Below, one piece after another: positions 1 to 11,600 of a DNA stretch of 64,000 nucleotides. The first letter of the stretch is position 1, and the number at the start of each line of letters is the position of its first letter. The position numbers were made by a program, and so were the translations under genes. The notes beneath the pieces were generated by a model, which saw nothing but the letters and a program-made list of their open reading frames with translations, was not told the DNA's origin and did not search any database. This DNA is from Octopus vulgaris (lineage: Eukaryota). Location of the stretch: contig OX597828.1 in the NCBI GenBank assembly GCA_951406725.2, forward strand, positions 77,748,001 to 77,812,000, given 5' to 3'.

Positions 1-54
1 TAAATAAACATAGAAACATTTAAAATACATTCTGATTGCATGTGTGTGGCTGCA

Positions 55-357
55 TGGTGCCACGGCTCTTCTGTCGTGAACGGCAAAAGATGGTGCCACG
101 GCTCTTCTGTCATGAATGGCAAAAGATGGTGCCACGGCTCTTCTGTCGTGAACGGCAAAAGATGGTGCCACAGCTCTTCTGTCGTGAACGGCAAAAGATG
201 GTGCCACGGCTCTTCTGTCGTGAACGGCAAAAGATGGTGCCACGGCTCTTCTGTCGTGAACGGCAAAAGATGGTGCCACGGCTCTTCTGTCGTGAACGGC
301 AAAAGATGGTGCCACGGCTCTTCTGTCGTGAACGGCAAAAGATGGTGCCACGGCTTC
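55..357. repeat. 36-bp minisatellite, ~8.4 copies
   Basis: Unit ATGGTGCCACGGCTCTTCTGTCGTGAACGGCAAAAG, almost invariant. Confidence 0.95.
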
Positions 358-609
358 TTATTAAATGACCTGCACACACGATTGTTCATTTGAGGTGATC
401 AAATGTTTGTCCTGCACCTGAGCGCACTCCATCCTGTGTCAAGCCGGCACGGGTGCATGGCATGCAACATGTCAGACGTCATCGCAGATAAAACATGTGA
501 TGAGGTGCTTTGCCCAAGAACACAGCGCATCACCCAGTCGGAGATTCGAAACTACAGTCACGCAAACGTGAGTGCAACATCGTAACCACTAGGCCATGTG
601 CCTTCACTC

Positions 610-610
<1 letters not shown>

Positions 611-669
<59 letters not shown>

Positions 670-789
670 CACACACACACATATATATATATACATATGC
701 ATACATACATACATACATATATATATATATATGTATGTATAAAATTACTTAAACACACTCACCACACGTTTGTGTTTGTGGTGTATAGC

Positions 790-825
<36 letters not shown>

Positions 826-1006
826 CATACATAGCTATATATATATATACATACATATATATTCATGCATATATATATATATACACACATACATATATAC
901 ACACATACATACATATACATACATACATACATACATATATATACATATATATATATATGTATAAAATTACTTAAACTACTCACCACACGTTTGTGTGTGT
1001 ACGTGC

Positions 1007-1039
<33 letters not shown>

Positions 1040-1040
1040 T
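611..1040. repeat. Compound (CA)n/(TA)n/(TACA)n microsatellite with a duplicated spacer
   Basis: Direct reading; AAAATTACTTAAAC..CACCACACGTTTGTGT occurs twice. Confidence 0.9.
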
Positions 1041-1878
1041 GTATGAAACAAAAACTAGTCATCATGTGATGCTATGAAAAGGTTTTGTGTATAGAAATGC
1101 CTTTGAAATTAATAAAACAATAAAAACAAGGGTGCCCAAGGGGGCAGGGACCCTTAAATGTTCTCTGTAAATGTTGATGTCACGGCAGAGATGAAAGTGG
1201 TGACTTTTTTTTTTCTTAAAGATTAATTAAGCACAAATAAAACAAAAAGATGTAATGGGGGGGGGGGGGAGGAGACATTAGAGCGTGTCTAGTATCAGGT
1301 TTGATTTGGGTGCACTTGCACACAAATATGCATATACACACATTCGTACAAATAGATATATATACACACACAAATATACAAGCATGCGCACACACACAAA
1401 CATGTGCTCAAATTTACACACACACACACACACATAATTTCTGTGATAATATTACTTGTTTTAGAATGGGGGGTGGAGGGGGATGGAGATTTGATTTTTG
1501 TTGTTTTTTGTAGATTTTCATTTTTTTTTTTGCAGTGTTTGTTTTTCTTTTTTATTTGTTGCAGTTGTGGGTTTTATTTTGTTTCTTTTGCATAACAACC
1601 TGGAATTGAAACCGCATCAGCATACTTTTAAGCCCATGGCCAGCATGAGGGAGGAGGAGGGGAAGGAGGAAGAGGAGGACAAAAGAGAAAGAAACCTTTT
1701 ACATAATAAAAGAAGGGAAGGAGGGAGGGAAGGAAGGAAGGAAAGAAGTAAAGAGATGGAAAAAAATACCTTGAAAAACTGCGACAATTTTTTTTTTTCC
1801 TGTGTGTGTGTTTTTGTGTGTTTCAGTTTATTTTGTGATAAAATGGTAAATGGCAGAATCCCTAACTGACCGATGTCG

Positions 1879-3388
1879 TTAGCTATTAGTGGTCTGTGGA
1901 TTAAAAGAGACAGCTGCTGCAGTTTGGCCAGCGGTCGGCGCCTGCTGAGCCAAACTCAGCAAGATGGCTGCGCCCTCAAAAGAGGAGTCTTCTTTCTCCC
2001 CCGACTGACCTTTGCTCTTACTATTCGGAGATGTGAGAGTGTTGGTGGTGGTGAAATGGAGTCTGCCCAGTGAATTGAGACTGACCAGATTGCCCACTTG
2101 CACGGGGGTGGTCAGCGCTTGACCATTAGAAGAGGAGGAACTGCTCTGCGCAGAAATGGAATGCTTGGTGGCCTTCAGGCCGCCCGACTGCAAAGGGTTT
2201 GCTGCCATGATGACCATTGTCGTTCCAGATTTGGTGTCTGAAGAGGCGGGCAAGGAAATTTTATTCAAATACATATCAGTGAGATTTGTAGAGGCTGCAG
2301 ACAGTTTGGCACCCGAGACAGAGTCTGAGATGGGTATCAGGGCTGACGATGGAGATATTTTACACGGATTCGATATCATAGATGGCAGAGAAGACGTAAG
2401 TGTCGGAGTGAAGGTAATGGATGTTAAAGCATTATTGTTGCTGTTGTTGTTGTTGCTTGATGTGGTGGTAGTAGTGGTGGTGATGGCAGTAGGGGGAATA
2501 GTAGTAGTAGTAGTAGCAACAACAGTGTTGGTGTTGCTGTTGAGTTTAGGTAAATACTGCCGGTGTATGTCGGTTCCTGTTGGCAGAATGGCCTGAGCAG
2601 GGACGGCATAGGTTAACTGGGTGGGCATGGAGAGAGAGGAAGAGGCAATGGAGTTTGTTGGACTAATGTTGGAAGTAGGGGAGAGGAGAAAGGATTGTGC
2701 TGCAGAAGGCAATGGTTGGGAAGGTTTTAGAACCTTAGACAATGCATTTGCCACCGGGGTGGAGCATCGAAGCTGGGCCTGGGTCGTAGGTGAACCTATC
2801 CCTGATGGATTCGGACTCTGAACGAGCATAATTTGATTTGAAGTCACTGCTGCTGTTGCCACTGTTGGTGTTGCAGTTGCTGCTGTTGCTGCTGCTGGTG
2901 GAGCAGTTAGAATTTTCAAAACTCCGTTTTCCAATGTGACTGGGATTCCTTGTGGTGTTACCAACTGGCCACCAATGCTGTACAAAACCAGTTGCTGGAC
3001 ACCTACTGCGGGACAAGAAGAAGTCCGGTTCACATTGAGCAGGTTGTTGGAGAGATTTGAGGTTTGGGGTTGTGGATTGGAAACAAAGTTTGTTTGCTTC
3101 TGTTGAATTTGGGGAGACACCACAGGCTTCTGCGCTTGTTGTAATGTTGGAGGAGAGGAGAGCTTCTGTTGGAGAATCATGTGTCTGTTCTTAACAGGAG
3201 TCTGTGCTACTGTTTTAGCTGTTTGGATACTGTTTGGTCGCATGTAATTAGTAACGACCTGTGGAGATAATTTAGAAATGTCTGTTACCATTGTGGTGCT
3301 GGTTCCCAACGATGGAACTGTTGTAGGAAGAGTAACTTGGGTTACACCAAGTACATTTGACGTCAGACTGCTGCTGCTGCTGTTGTTG

Positions 3389-3420
<32 letters not shown>

Positions 3421-6400
3421 GGTGGTGGTGGTGAGGTCTGTGGTTCGTGTTGGGTTTGTCATTGCCCTACTGGCAGCAGGAACTATATTTTGAACTTGTG
3501 CATTCTTCACTGTGGTCAGAAGCTGATTCGCATTACTGCTGACAAACGACACATTTTGAAGTAAGTGTGGTCTCTGTTGCACAGCTCGAGAGAACTCACT
3601 GACTGGGGTGACAGCTGATGGAAAGCCATCGGGTTTCGAAGCAGCAGCTGGCAGCTTTGAAGGATTTGATAGAGTTGGTCTGATGCCAGTAGGAATCGCT
3701 AGAGTAGCTTGTTGACCAGAAACTAACTGAGGATTCAATGTTGATGAGACAAGTTGTGGAGATTGTGACTGAAGCTGAAGTTGTTGCAATGACGATGACG
3801 AAGAAGACGTCAACAACGACGATGATATTGTTGATAATGATGATGCTGATGATGATGATGATGATGATGAAGATAAAGAAGTGTTGGTAGTGAGGGAAGA
3901 AGGGTCATTAAGAAGTTGTGTGCCAACAGAGTTTGTAATCAGATTTGTTGGGAGACCAACAGGAGATAAACCAAAAGTTATCAAGTTGTTACCAGCTGGA
4001 GCAGTAGTTAAGTGAGGTTGAGCAACAGTGGCACCGTCCAACCGCAACACATTAGAACTTAATGTTAAGGGAATTGTGTTGCTGCCAGAGTCACTCTTTA
4101 ACTGGACAGCTTGGACATTCGGTAAAGAATTTCTCAAGGAACTTTTCTCAGGTAGTGAGATGGTGGTGGTTGTGTTAGGGGTGGTGGCTGCCGTGTGGCC
4201 AGCAGGCTGACCGTCATTAGTCGACCCCGATATTATCACTGTTTGTTTTCCTAAAGATGACTGTAATAGATGGGAAATAGTGCCAGAGTGAGAGGAACCA
4301 GAGGAGATGGTTGGAGTGGTTAGGATAATGTTCCCTTGAGTGGTCTGAAGTAGTTGGCCCCGTAATGAAGCTATATTGGTGACAGCAGAATTGGTGCTCT
4401 GAGATGGTATGATCTGAATTGCAGGAGTTGAGAGAGAAGAAATTTGTTGTACAGAGGTGAACTTCTTTACAATTTCTGTTGCATTTTGTTCTGACTGAAC
4501 AGGGATGACACCAATGGCTTTCTGTTGCTGTAAGTTCTGATCCTTAGGGGACAAAAGTAAAATACTTTGACCACCAGGTCCTTGCATAGATAATGGAACT
4601 CCAACAGCTGCATTCTGCAGTCCCACATTCAAGACTGATGCTGGGTTGGCCTTACCACTGACAACATTAGCTACAGGTTGTTTACAAACTACTTTGGCAG
4701 CATCAGCAAGCTTTTGGTCAACAACTGATTTGGGAATGGCTGGATTGGCTGTGGTTAAAATTTGTTGGGGTAAAGCAGCAAACTGCTTCAGATCAGATTG
4801 AGACAAAGTTCTGCTGGAAACTAAGTTGGTTGCTGGTTGTAAGGGTGATGTCTGCATGTTGGTGACAGCCTTTAACGATTGTTCACTGATCGGATTGGTT
4901 GAAGTGGTTGTCAAAATATTTTGGGGCACAACTTTCAGAATGACATTCTTAGAGTTAGCAATCGATGTTGCAGGCTGCAAAATGGCCAGTGACCTCCCTG
5001 CTGCTGGTTTCAGTGTATTCAAACCGGTCTGAGCGAGTAATGCAGCCTGAGGAATATTAACTCGGATGTTTGTTCCCGCAGGAACAGCCTGCCCTATGGT
5101 AGTAGACTGCAAGGAAAGGAGATTGTTGTTCTTTGCATTGTCAAAAGTTGAATGTGGAATCATTTGTGGCGTAACGGTGATTGGTGACTTGTTACTCTGA
5201 GTGGTGTGAGTAATACTTTTGCGTGCCTGAACAGCAGGCATGACAGTTACTGTAGAAGCGAGTGATGTAACGCCAGTGACAGAATTGCTTTTTACTTCGG
5301 GCTGCTGAGACTGTACAGAGCTTAGCAAGCAAGTGTTCTTCGCTACATGGGCAGAATCATTGACCGAAGATGATAAAGCCGGTAGGAGTTTAACTGTGGC
5401 ATCGTTAGTACTGAGAGGCTGATTAATTACAGAAGTCATCTGAGTAGCAGTCACCTGACTTTCAGCGGTGATTAAAGCATTTTCAAGTACATCCTCATTA
5501 ACTTTCTTAGCAGCACGACTCTCCAATAAGCTTTTAACTGTCACATTGCAGGCATATTTCCCAGGTGATTTCGTTACTTTCGTCTTTGAAGTTGTGACCA
5601 GGTGAGGATCAAGAGCTACAGATTGGTTAAGCAAAGGATTTTGAGATAATGCTGTGGATGGGGCAGTTTGATTGTCTAAGCCTATTATCATGTTGGTCAG
5701 TTTCGATTCTCTCGGATTAATATTTTGAATTGTGCTGCTGCTGCTAGAAGAGACTGCTTTAGATGGGGTGTTAGTACTGCTGTATGACTGGTCAATGATA
5801 TTGCCAAGTTTTAATGAAGGACTAGACAAACACTGAGCACTATTCACTGGGGTGTTTGCAATAAGTTTTGTTGCACCAAGAATCTGTGAAGCAATGCCTG
5901 GCTTAGAAATAACATATACAGGCCCTTGATGTGTTCTAACAGCAGTTTTTGATTGGTTCTGAGCCAAACTCACAACAGAGGTCTTTAAAGCAGATGACTG
6001 TGAGGCTGGATTTAAAAGTACCTGGAACTGTGGTTGAAGAACTGTATGCATGATATTTGGGTTGTGAGTGACATTGCTGGCTGCTGTGGTTGTAGCAGTG
6101 GCCGAAGATGTGGACTGGACAGTCTCAATTGTTGAATTAAGGCTTGTTTTTGTGCTGGAAATAGGTTGGTTGGCAACAAAGTTTGCCATGAGGTTCACTC
6201 TGGTTTTATCAGGCTGGGTAGTAGCGACAGGCTTCTGTGAAAGGACAACATTATTCGCTTGGTTAACAGACGACAACACAAACGTGTGACCAACTTTGCC
6301 AGCAGCCCCATCACCAGAATTGACATTCTTCAGAAGTTGCTGTATTATCTGTGGAGGTAAACTTGAAAGATTAGTATAATACTGAACTTTGTTTACAGTA

Positions 6401-7164
6401 CCACCCTGGGCCGTGCCGCTGTTGTTGCTAATGTTGACAGTCTGTTGATTAAGCTTCTGCCCAGAATCGTGACTGATTTTCGTTATAAATTTGGTTCCAG
6501 AATTACTGGCCAATGGCTGCATGGTTATTGTCTTTGAAGAAACCGTTTTCGTGATAGTGACCGGTGTCGATGAGACTTGTGCAGTAGTGTAAGAGGTATT
6601 GTGACGGCTGGACAGCAGCTGGTGAATGACCGGGTAGGAGGTTTGTTTGATTCCTGACGACTTGCCAAGTGCCGCAACTGTTGTCAATACAGTATTGCCC
6701 TCCGACCCACTAACATTTAACCCTGTTTGGGTAATCAATCCAGCCACACTAACCTTACTGATAGTAGCAGCAGTGGCAACGGTAATACCACTACTATTTG
6801 TCACAGATGCTGTAGTGGACTGATCTACATTCTTCAGCCCTTTTGCAGAGTTTGGGCTTTTCTTACTGCGCATCAAGTCAGAACTGTTATCTTTGGAAAG
6901 TCTTCTTTTCTTTGGGTTTAAATCAGTCTCAATATTGTTTGGGATGATTCTACGTTTGCGTAATCGTCCTCTTGAACTTACATCAGGGTAATCATCATCG
7001 ATGATTGGCAACAATGAGGTGGAGGATGACAAAAGGGTTCCTCTGTTTCTCTTGCTTAATGTTGAGGGCCTCAATTTGGAACTTGGTGTTGAGTTGGTTG
7101 GAGTTTTATCGCTGAATGTGCTTTTTCCAGCTGAAGAATTGCTGCCATGAGATGAACGAGAATT
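1879..7164 (-). CDS. BRD10: Terminal 5286-nt coding exon; Ser/Thr/Gln/Asn-rich, predicted disordered
   Basis: ttatag|AAT TCT; one open frame of 1762 codons to TAA at 1879-1881; contains poly-S, poly-T and poly-N tracts. Confidence 0.9.
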
Positions 7165-8611
7165 CTATAAAAGAAAAAAATATAGAAAAAAAATCAAATA
7201 AAGTAATAATTTTTACCATATTTTTTTTTCCTATTTTATAGTCACTAAATCCTTCAACTTCTATAACATAATGTTTAATAAGATTCCAGAAGCATTAAGG
7301 AAAATTCTCCCAGGCTCTGAGAAATCCCTGAAAGCCACAAAAACTGTGCTAAAGCTGACTCAATGCAACCCTGTCAAACTATTCCACCCATGCCAGCATG
7401 GAAAACGCATCATGATGATGCTTTTTTAAATAGTTATATACACACACACACACACACACACACGTATGTTCCCTTTGACCCCTGTCAAACATATTGCTTT
7501 TATATTCAAATTGATTTTGAACTAATAACGATGCACATTATTCTCTGATAGGTTTGAGGTTTCAATTATGTGATTGGTTATTTTTAGAATGTCAGAGTAG
7601 GTTAGGTGTGAAAGGCCAGATCTGGCCAATTTGAATAGAAAACATGTAGAATATTTGGGCCAGATATGGCTAGTTTAAATGCTAAGGTGTGATTTCCAGA
7701 GATTTTAGTAGGTCCTACAGAACCTCTCTTGAGTTAAATAGATTGGAGAACAGAACCAAACCAACTTCAGAAGGAAATCAAGAATACAAAGTAAAAAGAC
7801 AAAAAAAAAAGCCTAACCCTTAATTCTTTCCGAGCTGGACGAATTTGTTCTTCTTTGAAAGATTCTTGCTCTCGTTTCATTTTCCTTCGTGCTCGCCGGT
7901 TGGCCTGGATGAGTTTCGCTTCCCAAGGTTCCAGTTCTTTGAGCAGGTAATTAAGACGAGAGTGTAGCTCAATGACACAGCGTTTACGAGCAGGAGGTTT
8001 CACCTGTAACAGAAAGGTTATAGAATGAGGAAGAGAACAGAATTTGTAAATTTGTAAACACAAACATCCAGAAAACTCTACAGTCAAGATACAAATACTT
8101 CAAATAGTTGGTGGCATGATGATGGCAATTCTTTGGGTCCAGATATCATGAGGAAAAGTGACATGACCTCAAGTGCTTATATAAACTTATACTAAAACAG
8201 CCGGCTCTGGCACACTTAGAGCTTTGGCCAGATGGAGCAGGGCATGAGAATGTGTCTTCCTTTAACAGTTGTCTCTGGTCAGCGTACAGGCAATCAATAC
8301 CCTGAATCACCTACATGCAATGTTGGGGCTGTCTGTGACAGCCAGTACCATCCAGCACTTGCCGTTTTTGTCTGTAGTCACTTACTGCAGGGTTTTCTTC
8401 CTGCCTAGACTTGGTAGTTTTAAAGTAAGAGCCAGTTTGCGCAATCCGATCCCTGTTTAGATTTGGAGGCCTGACCACAATGGTTCAGTAGGCTACAGTG
8501 ACCGGCAAGCTGTAGGTTTTACATTGGAGTAGCCTACTCCTAGATCAGTGATTCCCAACCTGGGGTCTGCAAAGGTAGTACTGAGGGTCTGTAGACTAAA
8601 TTCAGAATTTC

Positions 8612-8653
<42 letters not shown>

Positions 8654-11600
8654 ATGTCATAAATGGCACAACAATGCACTATAACAACAACAATGGGCTA
8701 TAATAACTGTGATAATTTCATTATCCATAGTCTGATATAATAATGATGTTTTGGAATGCAAAAATTCCTTCTTCAGATATTGCTAGGAATGGTTTGAGCC
8801 ACTGCTACAAATGGGTTTCCAATGGTTACTGAAATCTTTTTTTTTTTTTCAGAAAACCATTTGTAGCAGTGGCTCAAACAATTCCTAGTGATATCTGAAG
8901 AAGGACATTTTTTTTTAATTCTGAAATACTATTATTATGTCAGACTATGGATAATTAAATTACAACAGCTATCATACGTGCATTGTTGTTGTTATAGTGC
9001 ACCGTTGTGCCATTCAAGACACAACTGTATTTCCCAAACAATACACAATGCTTCAAGGGAACTACAACACTCTGCCCCTGCATCTGTTTTTGTCGTGCAC
9101 ATCACACCAGATGAGTAAGAATTGTGACCACAGACATTGTTGTCCAGGAAACTCATTAGCATTTTTTGAAATTTTAAGGTCAAAGAAAATAAACACCATG
9201 AGGTATTTTATGCTGCTCTAGAGAAGTGCAGAGCAATTAATATTTTCAGGTGAACAAAAGTTATTTCTCATGTCACACATATCACACATTTTGGATCCTC
9301 TTCAGAAGATTTCAACATACATTCAAGGTTAGAAAAATTGTTTGTTTAATACTTGACTGTGAAAATGAACCAATACAATTCTTGTAAATGTTCAAGATTT
9401 ACAGCTTGGATATTTTAGAAATTCTATCTCTGTCTTGCAGGTCACGTAAGAATGGCCACCAAACTGGACATTGATACCACACAGCTTCTCCTTCCATACA
9501 GTGCCACCTCTTTTCAAGCAATCCCACCTCCTCCTTCCATGCAATCCCACCTCCTCCTTCCATGCAATGCCACCTCCTCCTTCCACATAATCCCACCTCC
9601 TCCTTCCATGCAATGCCACCTCCTCCTTCCACATAATCCCACCTCCTTCTTCCACGTAATCCCACCTCCTTCTTCCACGTAATCCCACCTCCTCCTTCCA
9701 TGCAATGCCACCTCCTCCTTCCATGCAATGCCACCTCCTCCTTCCATGCAATGCCACCTCCTCCTTCCACGTAATCCCACCTCCTCCTTCCATGCAATGC
9801 CACCTCCTCCTTCCACATAATCCCACCTCCTTCTTCCACGTAATCCCACCTCCTCCTTCCACGCAACCCCACCTCCTCCTTCCACGCAATCCCACCTCCT
9901 CCTTCCACGCAACCCCACCTCCTCCTTCCATGCAATTCTACCTCCTCCTTCCACACAATCTCTCCCCAACTGGCACATATCATTTAGCGTCCCTTTTCCA
10001 TGCTAGCATGGGGTCATACAAATATAAACAGAAACAATGTACTGCAGTGAGACTTACTTTTGGTTTCCTGCCTCTGGAGCCAGATGGGGGATCTTGGGCT
10101 GCAAATTTGGCAACAAGATCCCTCAGTTCTTCCACACTATCCACAATCAGTTCAAACTCGTTTGTATCAGGTACCTAGGGAACAACAAAAGTTCTCTTAA
10201 CTTTCAAAACATTCATTAAAAAACCATTAAAATATGACAGGAAATAATAATAATAATAATAATTATATGAACAAGGTTGAAATTTTGGGGGCAGGTACTT
10301 AATTTATTGACGCCGAAAGGATGAAAGGTAAAGTCAACCTTGGCAGAATTTGAACTCAGAACGTAAGGATGGACGAAATGCCACTAAGCGTATCACCAGG
10401 CATGCTAATGATTCTGCCAGCTCGCTGCATCAATAATAATTACTGCTAAGTATTTCATCCTGTGTGCTAACGATTCTGCCAGCTCATCGCCTTAATAATA
10501 ATAATAATAATGGTTTCAAATTTTTCCACAATGGCAGCTACTTTGGGGGAGGGATCAAGCTGATTACATCAACCCCAATGTTCAACTGGTACTTACTTTA
10601 TTGACCCCGAAAGGATGACAGACAAAGTTGACCTTAGTAAAATTCGAACTCAGAACATAGCAGCAAATGAAATACCGCTAAACATTTCACCTGGCATGTT
10701 AACGATTCTACCAGTTCACCACCTTAACAACAACATCAACAACAGCAGCAGCAGCAGCAACAGCAACAACAACAACAACAACAATAATTCTCCTTACCAT
10801 AGGCAAAAGGCATGAAATGTTTTTCTTTTGTGTGGGGATGTCTAGTTGATTACATCAACCCTTGTACTGAACTGGTACTTATTTTTATGAACCCCAAAAA
10901 GACGAATGGTGAAGTCGACTTTGATGGAACTCAGAACATGAAGACGGAGGAAATGCTGGTAAGCACTTTGTCCCGCACATTGGTGATGATTCTAATTCTT
11001 TCTACTAATAGGCAAAGGCCTGAAATTTTTGTTGGGCGGTTGGGGGGGAGGGGTGCTAATCAATTACGTCAACCCTAGTGTTCAGCTGGCATATCTTTTA
11101 TGAACCCTGAAAGGATGAAGGGCAAAATCCATTTTGGTAAAATTTGAACTCAGGACGTTAGGACAGACAAAATGCTTAGCAGCATCTTGTTTGGCATGGC
11201 AACAATCCTGCCAGTTCAGCATGTTAAATTCCAATAAAATTACAATCTACATCATTTAAAAGGAATTTGTAGAAAATTTCATTAAAAAAAAACACATTTT
11301 TCTGAAAATTACGATCAAACAAGGACAAGATATGAATCATCCCAAACTTCTCTCACCCAAATTTCAAAAAAAAAAAAAAAAATTCCAATATAATCATATT
11401 CTACACTCTTCTGAAATGCATTTATCGAAAATTTCATTAAAAATCTAATTTTTCATAAGGTTATGAAGAAACAAAGATGAAGTCAGAGGAGAGAATTCTG
11501 TAGTTGTGTCTCCTCCAAGTTTTATTTAATGAGTAAACGAGTACCACTGACAAACGAAGGACACAACAGACCCCAAATATCACACAAATCAGGAATCAAT

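Noticed and set aside
55-357. 36-bp repeats resembling a CRISPR array, with ORFs over them
   Set aside because: Units are contiguous with no unique spacers, there are no cas genes, the context is eukaryotic, and the ORFs are repeat artefacts.
510-1077. YI/HT-rich ORFs (and similar ones elsewhere)
   Set aside because: Translations of (TA)n/(CA)n microsatellites.
2156-6921. Plus-strand ORFs overlapping the giant exon
   Set aside because: Antisense shadows of the biased codon usage in the real minus-strand exon.
9392-10178. Gly/Arg/Pro-rich repeat ORFs
   Set aside because: Translations of a 23-bp minisatellite; no splice or codon evidence.
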